NCBI GenBank assembly: GCA_965112735.1
Contig: OZ218958.1
Location: 2,604,001-2,668,000, forward strand
Direction: 5' to 3'
Length of the DNA stretch: 64,000 nucleotides
Source: Phaeosaccion multiseriatum
Lineage: Eukaryota > Protista > Ochrophyta, other classes
Below, piece after piece: positions 47,903 to 59,638 of this stretch. The notes under the pieces were generated by a model, which worked only from the letters and a program-made list of their open reading frames with translations, did no database searches and was not told where the DNA came from. Position numbers and translations under genes: made by a program. The stretch's first letter is position 1. Each line of letters opens with the position of its first letter.

Positions 47903-50900
47903 TTACATGATGACGCACTTGCAGCCCGTCTTCACGGCCTGCCCCGCTCCCTCCACCTGGTAAGAGCTCTGTGCCGGCCCCTCCGCCACCCTTCCCTGCA
48001 CCTCCTCTCCCGCCCGCCCCTGCTTGTCCCCGCTCCCCGCGGTACCACTCACAGGGGGAGGGGCCTTCATACCGGGGGAGCCTTGCAGCTCCGGCGATCT
48101 CGCCCCCGGAGAGACGAGGCCCGATGGAGATGACTCCTCTGCTGCCGCTGCCGCCGCTGCCGCCGCTGCTGCTGCTGTTGCTGCCGCCGCTGCTGCTGCT
48201 TCCGCCGCCGCTGCTGCTGCTTCCGCCGCCGCTGCTGCTGCTGCTTCTGCTTCAGCGTCAGCCTTGGCCTTTGCGTCTGCCGCGGCTTTGGCAACGGCGT
48301 CTTCTTCTTCCTTCCTCTTGGCCTCTGCCGCCGCCGCCGCTGCCTCAGCCTCTTCTGCTGCCTTCTTCGCAGCTGCCTCCGGATCCTCCCCTTGGGCCTT
48401 GGCGAGCGCCGCTGCGGGCATGGGAGGGAGAGCCAGGGGGGGAGGGGCGGCAGTCTCCTCTTCCTCCTCCGCTTCTGCCTCTACATCCTCTCCAGCAGCG
48501 GCCGCTTCTGCTGCCGCCGCCGCCGCCGCCTCGGCCTCCGCCTTCTTCTTTCGGGCAGCAAGCTTCTGTGCGAATTCAGTCGTGTGAATGCCCGGCAACG
48601 GCTTGAAGGTGGTCTGGACGTAGTTGTGAGGGAACCAGCCGCATGCACCGGATTTCTCTAGCTCACCCCACGACCATTGGTCCTCCTTGCGCAGCACTTT
48701 GATCTTGTCGCCGATCTGAAGGCGGTGTGCGGGAGGGGAGAGAGAGGGAGGGTAGGGGATAAGAGGCGGGTCAGCAGCGAAGAAGGGAGGAAGGAAGGGA
48801 GGAAGGGAGGGAGGCGGGGTGGGTGGGGGAGGAGACCAAACCGAACGGAATCATCCAGCCTTCACATGTGTGTCCATCACCTCCCTTCCCCTTGCCTGTA
48901 ACACACTCACACACACACACACACTCAAACACACACACGCACATACACACACACCCCCTCACACACACGCACACACGCACACACGCACCCCGAAACTGAG
49001 CTGCTCCAAGCTGGCGTCTCCCTTGAGAGGGTAAGAGGCCTCAATGGTGCTCCCCTCCTGAGCCTCGAGCGCGTAAGGGTCGTTGGCGTGCGCACGCTTG
49101 TCCGCCGCCTCTGCCTCTGCCTCGCTCGCCTCTTCGCCCGCCTTACCGCTGCTGCTGCCGTACTGCTTGGGGCGGAAGGGCGCCATCCCCCCTGCGTGGG
49201 CAAGGCGTGTGCGTGCGTGCGTGCGTGTGTGTGTGTGTGTGCGTGTGTGTGCGTGAGAGAGTGTGTGTGCGTGTGGGTGGGTGCGGAAGGAGCGGGTGAG
49301 CAAGTAACGGAGGCAACCAACCAATTCCCAATTCCCATCACTTTCACAAATGGCGTGGCGTGCAACCAACAGCTCCACCAGCACGGCCTAGAAAGCGAAG
49401 GAAAGGAAAGGATACAAGAGAGAAAGAAACGCCGCAGGCTCAAGACCAACAAACATGTGCTGAACAGCAGCAGCGGCAGTGTCTGTCCGTCCACCCTCCC
49501 ACGCTTGGGAAAAGATGCACGCTTTCTTGGTCACACTCACCTCCCATAATGGCTGTCATCCCCGTAGCCACAGCTCCTGCAGGTCGGTAGCTACTGGGCT
49601 TCTCTGGAGCAGCTCCATCACCGCCCGCCGCTCCTCCTCCTCCTGCCGCTGCTGCCGCGGCTGCTGTTGCTGCCTCCGCCTCTGCCTCGAGCTTTTCCTT
49701 CGCCGCTGCCACCCCTCCACTACTAGCAAAGACTCCGGATGCAGGAATGGGGGGAGGAGCTGCTGCTGCTGCTGGTGGTGGTGTTGCTGTGGTGGAGGTG
49801 GGAATAGGAGGGGGGCCTACCGAGGAAGAGGGGGGAGCTGCTGCTGCTGCTGTTGTTGCTGTAGAGCTGGGAATAGGAGGAGGAGACTGGGAGGCAGAAG
49901 GAGCCGTGACAGGGATGGGAGGAGGGGCTACGGCTGCTGTTGTTGTGGAGGAGGTCGGAATAGGGGGAGGAGACGCCGAGGAGACAGGAATGGGAGGAGG
50001 GTCAGAGGAAGAGGAAGAGCTGGGGATTGGAGGAGGACCCGTCTTGGGGGCCTCCGCCGATTCCGTCGATTCTGCCACCCCCTTCCCTGCTGCTGCTACT
50101 GCCGCTACTCCTTCAGCTGCTACTGCTGATGTTGCTGCTACTGCTCCTGCCCCTACCGCCCCCGCTGCTCCTGTCGCGGGTGCAGATTGCCCCTCCACAG
50201 CGTCTGTTCCTGCTGCTGCGATTGAGGCCGCTGCGTCAGAGGTGCCTCCGGCTGCTACTGAGAGCTTCTCCACGGCATCCGTTCCTGCTGCTGCGACTGC
50301 TGCTGTAGCACCAGAGCTGGCACCTGAGATGGCCCCTGCGATCTCTGCGGTGGCATCCGTGCTCACGCCTTCTATTGCTGCCTTCGCGTCCATGCTTGCT
50401 TCTTCTATTGCTGCCTTCGCGTCCGTGCTCGCTTCTGTGACTAATGCCTTTGCCTCGGTACTCGCTTCTGCTATCTCTGCCTTTGCGTCCGAGGTCGCTT
50501 CTGCGAGTGCTGCTGCTGGTGCTATCGGAGTCTCAACCTCTGGCAAGGCCGAGACGGACCCCACCCCTTCCTCAGAAGCACCTGAGGGCTCGGCTGAGGA
50601 TTGCCGAGGGGGCAAGGGCGGGGGTCCCCCCGCTGCGGCAGGGAAGGGCGCCTCTGCACTCTTCATACTGCCCGGCCTGCTCGTGGGCAAAGGAGGAGGA
50701 GTTGCCGCAGGTGCTTTGCCGGAGCCCTCCGCAGCGGCAGCAGGGAAGGGAGCTTCTGCACTCTTCATACTACCCGGTCTGCTGGTAGGCAGGGGAGGAG
50801 GAGCGACCGCAGGCGCCGGCGCCTCCACAGCGCCTTCAGCGGCGGCAGGGAAGGGCGCCTCTGCGGTCTTCATACTGCCCGGCCTGCTGGTGGGCAAGGG

Positions 50901-51185
50901 AGGAGGAGTGGGTGCCGTCGGCGCCTCCGCCGAGCCCTCAGCAGCAGCCTCATTTCCTACACTCTCACGAGGAGGAGTAGGAGGAGGACCCGCGCCTGGA
51001 GGTGCTGGAAGCTCCTGCTCTGCTAGAGAGGGAGGCTGGAGCGGCACAGGAGCGCCCCCAGCTTGGTCACCTCCTCCTCCTTCTGCTCCGGTTGCTGCTA
51101 CCGCTGCGGCAGTGGCGAGATCAGCGGCCTCGGCTTTCGGTACTTTGAAGCTCCCCTTACTGCTGCGCTTCTTCTTCCGTGCCAT
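47903..51185 (-). CDS. Proline-rich SH3-domain protein with polybasic N terminus and C-terminal CaaX (CKCVIM), ~886 aa, 3 exons
   Basis: Exons 51185-49541, 49191-48989, 48715-47903 (2661 nt). The SH3 domain is split by an intron: IEASYPLKGDASLEQLSFG|IGDKIKVLRKEDQWSWGELEKSGACGWFPHNYV. Many PPP[LI]P motifs; Ala/Glu/Lys coiled coil after the SH3. Confidence 0.85.
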
Positions 51186-51236
51186 GTGTGTATGTCACCC
51201 CGCTGATCCGCGCTGTACCGCTGCTCCACGCTGTAC

Positions 51237-51279
<43 letters not shown>

Positions 51280-51310
51280 GCTGCCGCTGCTGCTGCTGCT
51301 GCTGCTGCTT
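51237..51310. repeat. (GCT)n/(CAG)n trinucleotide repeat just upstream of the SH3-gene ATG
   Basis: About 24 gct units with two interruptions. Confidence 0.9.
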
Positions 51311-51826
51311 CTGCCTCTCCGCCCTCGCCGACACCCCACTCAGACCAAGCAGGAAGAGTACGGCGTTGTGCCGAAGCCTTGGATTCTTCCGATCCATCTC
51401 TCGCCAGGGGGGCTGCCCGTATGCCTACCGCATGCTCTCCCCCAAACCAGCTCTCTCGTAAACACAATTTGCACAGCCTTTTGCTTATCCCTCGTATCGC
51501 GTTAGCTCCGCTGTAAAGCATACAAGGGTCAGTGCAGGCCCGGAGAAGGGCACATGGGAACTGCTATAGCATCTGCTGCAGCTTAGAGGCAGGGATTTTA
51601 TAAAGATCGGCGACGCACACCCGTTACGAGCCGCTGTCGACTTCGTGCCGGGAGAGCTAGTCGCAGTCTACAGACTTTAGTCAGCAGAGGAGGATCGTAG
51701 AGAAGCAGGAGAAGCAGGAGAAGAAGAGAGACAAAGATAGAGACAGAGACAGAGAGGGAGAAAGGTTCCAAAGAAGGAGCTATCGCTGAAGTCAAGGGTA
51801 GCCCCTACAATCGGCCCATCAGAGCC

Positions 51827-54800
51827 ATGGCCGGCACCGGCTGGACGCTCTTGGAGGCGCTAGACCACTGGGACTTCCACCAACCAACCAAAGCGCTCTT
51901 CACCTTTCTCAACGACGACGGCTCTGAGAAGGGCGAGTTAACCTACAGAGACGTCAATCAACGCTCTGCCGACCTCGCTGCCCATCTCGTCGCGCCCACT
52001 GATGCTGCAACAAGCGGCAGCAGCGGCAGCGGACTGGGCCTGAAGGCTGGGGATCGTTGCCTGCTGGTGTACCCTCCTTGCTTGGACTTTGTGGTTGCCT
52101 TCATCGCCTGCCTCCGAGCAGGGGTCGTGGCTGTGCCCGTCTTCCCGCCGGACCCGCGCCGACTCGCCAAGGACTTGGTCATGTTTCAGGCCATCGCCAC
52201 CAACAGTGGCGCCTCCATCGCTCTGACCAACACCGAGCACAACCATCACAAGAAGCTGGCAGACATCAAAGGCATCTTCTCCCTCCACTCGCTCTCCTCG
52301 ACCCTCCTTGGCGCCGCAGGAGGAGGAGGAGAAGGAGGGGCCGGCGTAGGGGGGCAGTGGCCCGACAGCCTCCGCTGGGTGGTGACGGACTCGCTTCTGC
52401 GAGGGAGCTCCTCCTCCGCGTCGACCGCCCCCGTGAGTAGCCTGCCCTCCCCGCCGGCCCTCACGGACCTGGCCTTCCTGCAGTACACAAGCGGGAGCAC
52501 TTCTGAACCGAAGGGTAAGTGCTCCGTCTTGCCCTGCTCTGTATTCTTTCATCCTCTCTCGCTCCCTCTCTCTCTGTGTGTATCTCTCTGTACCTCTCTG
52601 TCTGCATATCTTCTGTATCAAAGGAGAACAATAATAAAAGAGAAAGACACGAGCACCTGTCGTAGGCCTTACCCTCGAACCAACCAGTGAAGCAGAATCA
52701 TCACTACCTTCCTGCACCACCTTTGGCCTCACCCGACAAATACAATTACAAAGCTATCATACCTTACGCCCCACCCCATCCCACCCCACCCCTGTATCAC
52801 CAACACCCACACCAGGCGTGATGATCACTCACGGCAACCTTCGCCACAATCTCGAGCTCATCGTCACCACCCTCCGCGCCTCGCCAGAGACGGTGGTGGT
52901 GTCATGGCTGCCACAGTACCACGACATGGGTCTGATTGGGTCCTACCTCGGTACCCTCTACTGTGGCGGGAGGGGCTACTACTTGTCGCCTCTGGCCTTC
53001 ATCAAGCGGCCGCCGTTGTGGGTGCAGCTCATTAGCAAGTATCGAGGGACCCACATGCAGGCACCCAACTTTGCCTATGGCCTGGTGGTGAGTGAGTGAG
53101 TGAGTGAGTGAGTGAGTGAGTGAGTGAGTGAGTGAGTGAGTGAGTGAGTGAGTGAGTGAGTGAGTGAGTGAGTGAGTGAGTGAGTGAGTGAGTGAGTGAG
53201 TGAGTGAGTGAGTGAAGTGAGTGAGTGAGTGAGTGAGTGAGTGAGTGAGTCAGTGAAGTGAGTGAGTGAGTGAGTGAGTGAGTGAGTGAGTGAGTGAGTG
53301 AGTGAATGAGTGAGTGAGTGCGCGAGTGAGTGAGAGAGAGAGTGAGTGCGTAAGTGAGTGAGTGAGTGAGTGAGTGCGTAAGTGAGTGCGCGAGTGAGTG
53401 AGTGAGTGAGTGAGTGAGTGAGTCAGCGAGTCAGTGAGTGAGCGAGTGAGTGAGTGAGTGATCGAGTGAGCAAGTGAGTGAGTGAGTGAGTGAGTGAGTG
53501 AGTGAGTGAGTGAGTGAGTGAGTGAGTGAGTGAGTGAGTGAGTGAGTGAGTGAGTGAGTGAGTGAGCGAGTGAGTGAGTGAGTGATCGAGTGAGTGAGTG
53601 AGTGAGTGAGCGCGCAAGTGAGTGAGTGAGTGAGTGAGTGAGTGAGTGTGTGAGTGAGTAAGTGAGTGAGTAAGCGAGTGAGTGAGCGAGTGAGTGAGTG
53701 AGTGAGTTGGTGAGTAAGTGAGTGAGTGAGTGAGTGAGTGAGTGAGTGAGCAAGTGAGTGAGTGAGTGAGTGAGTGAGTGAGTGAGTGAGTGAGTGAGTG
53801 AGTGAGTGAGTGAGTGATTGAGTGATTGAGTGATTGAGTGAGTGAGTGAGTGAGTGAGTGCGTGAGTGAGTGAGTGAGTGAGCGCGCGAGTGAGTGACTG
53901 AGTGAGTGAGTGTGTGTGTGAGTGTGTTAGTGAGTGAGTAAGTGAGTGAGTGAGCGAGTGAGTGAGCGAGTGAGTGAGTGAGTGAGTGGGTGGGTGAGTG
54001 AGTGAGTGAGTGAATGAGTGAGTGAGCGAGTGAGTGAGTGATCGAGTGAGTAAGTGAGTGAGTGAGTGAGTGAGTGAGCGAGTGGGTGAGTGAGTGAGTG
54101 AGCAAGTGAGTGAGTGAGTGAATGAGTGAGTGAGTGAGTGAGTGAGTGAATGAGTGAGTGAGTGAGTGAGTGAGTGAGTGAGTGATCGAGTGAGTGGGTG
54201 AGTGAGTGAGTGAGTGAGTGAGCTGGTGAGTGAGTGAGTGAGTGAGTGAGTGAGTGAGTGAGCGCGCGAGTGAGTGAGTGAGTGAGTGAGTGAGTGAGTG
54301 AGCGAGTGAGTGAGTGAGTGAGTGAATGAGTGAGTGTGTGTGTGTGAGTCAGTGGGAGAGTGAGCGAGTGAGTGAGTGAGTGAGTGAGAGTGAGTGAGTG
54401 AGTGAGTGAGTGAGTGAGTGAGTGAGTGAGTGAGTGAGTGAGTGAGTGAGTGAGTGAGTGAGTGAGTGAGTGAGTGAGTGAGTGAGTGAGTGAGTGATTG
54501 AGTGAGTGAGTTAGTGAGTGAGTGTGTGAGTGAGTGAGCGAGTGAGTGAGTGAGTGGGTGAGTGAGTGAGTGAGTGTGTGTGAGTGAGTGAGTGAGTGAG
54601 CGAGTGAGTGAGTGAGTGAGTGATCGAGTGAGTGAGAGTGTGAGTGAGTGAGCGAGTGAGCGAGCGAGTGAGCGAGCGAGTGAGTGAGTGAGTGAGTGAG
54701 TGAGTGAGTGAGTGAGTGAGTGAGTGAGTGAGTGAGTGATCGAGTGAGTGAGTGAGTTGGTGAGTGAGTTGGTGAGTGAGTGAGTGGGTGAGTGAGTGAG

Positions 54801-56056
54801 TGAGTGATCGAGTGAGTGAGTGAGTTGGTGAGTGAGTGAGTGTGTGAGTGATCGATTGCTTGACCCCTTGGGAAGGGCGTATTTTCGATTCCGCACTTCC
54901 CTTACTCGATGTGCGGTAGCATAGGCATCATGTGCCGTTGGCGCCAAAGCAGAACGGAGGCCGTTGGATTGAGTTTGTACGAGGAGAGAGAGACCGAGCG
55001 AGCGAGTGTGTGTTAGGACGTGTGTGGTTCCATGTGAGAGAGGGAGAGGGGACGAGAGAGAGAGAGAGGAAGCGCGTGTGTGTGAGAGGAGTGAGAGAGG
55101 GAGAGGGAAACGAGAAAGGAGACGAGGGAGCTTCACTGGCTCAACTCCGTGTCTCTTCCGTCTGTCCGCCCCTGGCGTGTGCTTCCCTTCCATCCCACTC
55201 CTCTCCCGGGTCTCACTTTTTCCTCCCTCCCACCTCTATCCCCTTCCTCTGCCGCCCCCCCCCCCCCGCCATCCACTGCCATCCCCCCGGCCCTCCAGGC
55301 TCGAAAGTTCCTCGCCCTGCCCAGTACTGAGCAGCAGCTTGATCTGTCGTGTGTGCAACACATGATCAATGCCGCAGAGCCTGTGGAAGGACGCACCATT
55401 GACCGCTTCCTCGCCACATTCGAGTCGCATGGCCTCAAGGTAACGTACACACTTAGTGGTTACGTAACCTTATGCAGCTACGGTCACCTCTCTCCATGCC
55501 TCGTCTCCCTCTTCCCTCTTCCCTCTTCCCTCTTTCTTCTTCCTTCTTCCTTCTTCCCTCTGTCCTCTTTCCTCTCCCGTCTTCCCTCTCCCTCTCCCTC
55601 TTCCTTCTTCCTCTCTCCCTCTCCCTCTTCCTTCTTCCTCTCCCTCTCTCTCCCTCTCCCTCTTTCCCTCCCTACAACTGCTCCGTCTCTTTACACGTGG
55701 CCTTCTTGGTCTTACGTTTTCCTTACTCGCCGCCTCTTCGCTGCCCTTCTGCGTGCGTCACTCGCGTGCGTACTTCCAGTCCAATACTGTGTTTCCTACG
55801 TACGGGCTTGCAGAGCACACCGTCTTTGTGTGTGGTAACGGCGAGGCTCGCATTGTGGTCAACCGAGGTTAGTGCCAGCTGTGAGTCGAGTAAGTCAGTG
55901 AGAGTGCGAGTGAGGGATGAGGGGGATGGGGGAGTGTGTGCATGCCTCTAACCCAACTCAACACACCCATTTCCCCCCTCTATTCTTTGCCCTCGCCCCT
56001 TCCTGAACTGTGGGAATCCACCGCTGCCCCGCACACGCACACACACACGCACACAC

Positions 56057-56092
<36 letters not shown>

Positions 56093-57172
56093 ACACACTT
56101 ATGCACACGCCCACATCCACACGCACACACACCACACACACACACACACACGCGCGCCCACAGAGCTGCTCGAGAAAGAGCGGCTGGTGCGAGAGGTGGA
56201 CAAACTGGAACTGTGGACCTATAACGCCGACGGAGCCGGGCCCAGGGGGGGCAGCGAGGAGGGTGTCTCCACAGCCTCGCTTGTGGGCTGTGGCAAGCCT
56301 GCTAACAGCAAAGGTAAGGGGGAAGGGGGAGTTTGAGTTTGAGATTGAATCTCAGCGTGTCGATATCGACTCGGCAGGGTCGGAGGCAGCATAATAGGGT
56401 TGAAGGGGAAGTGGGCGCCTCTCTTCGCCCCCTAGCCACCCCTCGCTTTTTGGCCGAGGGAGGAGGAGCGACCTGCAGCAGGAAGGGGGAGAGCACACCT
56501 ACCCACCCACACCCACCCACACCCACCCACACCCACCCACACCCACCCACACCCACCCACCCACCCTCCTCTCTCCCTCTGCTGGCTGCGGTACTCCCTC
56601 TTCGCCGCGGAAAGTGTCGTCATTGTGTTTGTCACGTGATGTGCGCCCCTTCCTTGATCTTGGCCCTAGGACCACCCGACTACCCCTGCTCTCCCTCTGC
56701 TCTCCCTCGGCTCTCCCTCTGCTCTCCCTCTGCTTGATCTCTACGTTACTTCCCCTCTGAGCCCCTTCCCTGGCTGCTACGTGGCAACGAACAAACGAAC
56801 GAACGAACGAACGGACAGTCATTCTCCTGCCCCTCCTTCCCCTTCCCTTTCCCCTTCCCCTTCCCCTTCTCCTCCCCCCCCCCCGGTCCCCACTTACACA
56901 GGGGTGGAGGTTGTTGTCGCCGACCCGGAAACCCGACAACGTCTCCCCGAGGGGCGAGTGGGGGAGGTGTGGCTCCGCTCCGAGTCTTGTGCCAAGGGCT
57001 ACTGGGGGATGCCGGACAGGAGCGCAGAGGTGAGGTGGCATACGAATGGAAACTGACACTGGAGTTTGAGAACTGAGGTTGGGGAGGTATGGCGTTCGGA
57101 AGGCGCTTGCATACACACACGCGCACGCACACACAGAGAGACATACACACACGCGCTCGCTCACTGCTCTCG

Positions 57173-57213
<41 letters not shown>

Positions 57214-59604
57214 TCACTCACTACTATGTACCTGCCTTGCCCCCCCCCCCCTTACCACAGGACTTTGGCGCGAAGCTTTTGGCAGGGGACGTGCAGCCCG
57301 AGGAGGAGATGCTGCCGCAGAAGGAGCAGGGGCAGTTGGTAATACAGGACAAGTCTGAGCAGCAGGACGGTGGTAGCAGCACCACCAGCACTACAAGCAT
57401 CAGCAGCTCCGCCAGCACCACAAGCATCAGCAGCTCCACTAGCACCACAAGCATAAGCAGCTCCGCCAGTACCGGCGAGGAGACGGGCGGGAGGGCAGCA
57501 GCATCAGTCGCAGCAGCAACAACCGCAGCAGTAGGTGATACAGCAGCAGCAGCAGTTGGTGATACAGCAGCAGCAGCAGCAGCAACAACAGTACGAGGAG
57601 GAGATGGAGACTTGGGCTTCCTGCGGACGGGCGACCTTGGCTTCATGTGGCGGGAGGAGCTATTCATCTGCGGCCGTCTCAAAGACCTCATCATCGTCCG
57701 AGGGCGGAACCACTTCCCGCAGGACCTGGAGCGATGCGCGGAGGCGTGTGGTCCTCCTCCGGGCATGCTGCGAGGCGGATGCTCTGCCGCCTTTTCGGTG
57801 TCAGTCTCAAGGGGTACGGGAAAGGTGAGAGGGGTGAAAACCCTGGCCAGGTGCAACTCAACTCATGCACAGCAAGCGAGGGGGGCGCGCCAGGCCCATC
57901 CCTTTCTCTCTCTCTGCCTCTTGACCATTTCACCGGCAGTCCATGCCTGCGCTCACTCGCCTCCCTCGCGTCCTTGCTCCTTGCTTGCTTGCTTGGTTGC
58001 TTGCTTGCTTGCTTACACCTCTTCTCCTTTACCCCCTCCGGTCGGCTACCCATTGAAACCACCGAACAATCGATCAATCGAACGAACGAACGATCGAGTA
58101 GGTCGCCAACGCCGGGGCAGCCGCAGCGGCGGGCGAGAAGCTGGTACTGATCGCGGAGGTGACGGATCCAGACAACCTGGACGGAGCCACTGCTGTGAAG
58201 CTCATTCGCCGAGCTGTGGGCGCCGCCTATGGAGTATCAATCTCGACAGTGCAGCTACTCAAGCCTCGCACGGTGCCCAAGACCACGAGCGGCAAGATCG
58301 CCCGGCAGTGGTGCAAAGGAGCCTTCCTCGGGGGCGGTCTTGATGTCTTGTATCACTGGCACGACGACGCCGCCAACTGTGACGATGACGTGGGGGAGGA
58401 CGGCGAGGGGGTGGGGTCCATCCCAAGTCCAACCAAGGCCTCATCTCAACGACGACGCTCTTTGCAACCACATCGAAACCAGTGGGGCGACGAGAACGAC
58501 AAGGAGAGCGAGAAGGAGGGGGAGGAAGAGGAGGAGGAGGTGGTGCCGCCCAAGACGGAGGACGAGGTGGCGAGCATGAGCGACGGCGAGCTCCTGGCGG
58601 GTATTGTGGAGCAAGTATGCCGCATCCTGCACGCCGATCCGGGAGGTGTCGCGACCGATGCGTGCCTGAGCTCACTAGGTATGGACTCTATGGAGGGCAT
58701 GCAGCTGCTGGCGTTGTTGGAGGGGCGCTTCGGTATCAGGTTGCCCGAGGACCTGATGATGGAGGAAGGCACCACGCTGGAGACGCTCGTGCCGGTCATC
58801 CGCAATGGTGGCAAGGTGGCGGTGCGGTCAGTGGCGGTGGACTGTGCCAAGCTGGCGTTTCTCGAGGCTCGCGACGGGGGGGGGCAGTGGGGGGGGGACA
58901 AGGGCAACTCCTCCTTCTCCTCCTTCGCATCTTGTCCTTCGTCGTCGTCGTCCTCTGTTGGAGAGCAGGCCGAGCTGCGGCGCAAGAGTCGTGTGGCGCA
59001 ATGCTCCACGAAGGGGAACTTCCAAACGGGGCGCTTCATTCGAGGGCAGCTGTCGCACCGCCGGGCGGAGTGGGAGTCGGACGATGGGAGGTGCAAGCGG
59101 CAGCAGAAGGTTGCCGTAAAGATGTTCACGGCCATGGTGGCCGTATCTGGTGGACTGGGGCCACTTCTTGTGGCAGGCGCTGCTGTGGTGCTGCCTCTGA
59201 GCTTCTGGAGCGCCGTGTTGGCGACGACGGTTGTGCTGTTGGTAATCGCGGTGCTTCGGGCCACACAAGCCAGCATGCCCGCGAAAGGTCGCTTCTCTCG
59301 CACACGCCTTGCCCTCATGCGCCACTTTGCCTTTAAGGTGTGTTGGGACGGAGAGCAGGACGGCTCCAAGCCCCATGTGTACCTCATCAGAGGTGCGTCT
59401 TACACCTCCCACGTGCTCTTCGCCTCGGCCATGCCAAGTGTGCTTGGGGTACATGTCCACCCAATTGCACCCGCGGACGGGAGCTGGGCCTTTGCCCTGT
59501 GGAATCCCTTCCTTCGTGCCGTGTGGGGCGCTGTCGGAGGCGGCCTGAGTATACCCGACATGGCTCTACGGCGAGGTCGCTCGGTGGCCCTGGCACTCAG
59601 CAGC

Positions 59605-59638
<34 letters not shown>

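Noticed and set aside
53250-55193. 647-aa minus-strand 'THSL' ORF (and similar ORFs near 28014 on the + strand)
   Set aside because: It is the translation of the (ACTC)n microsatellite, which lacks stops on that strand, and it lies within an intron.
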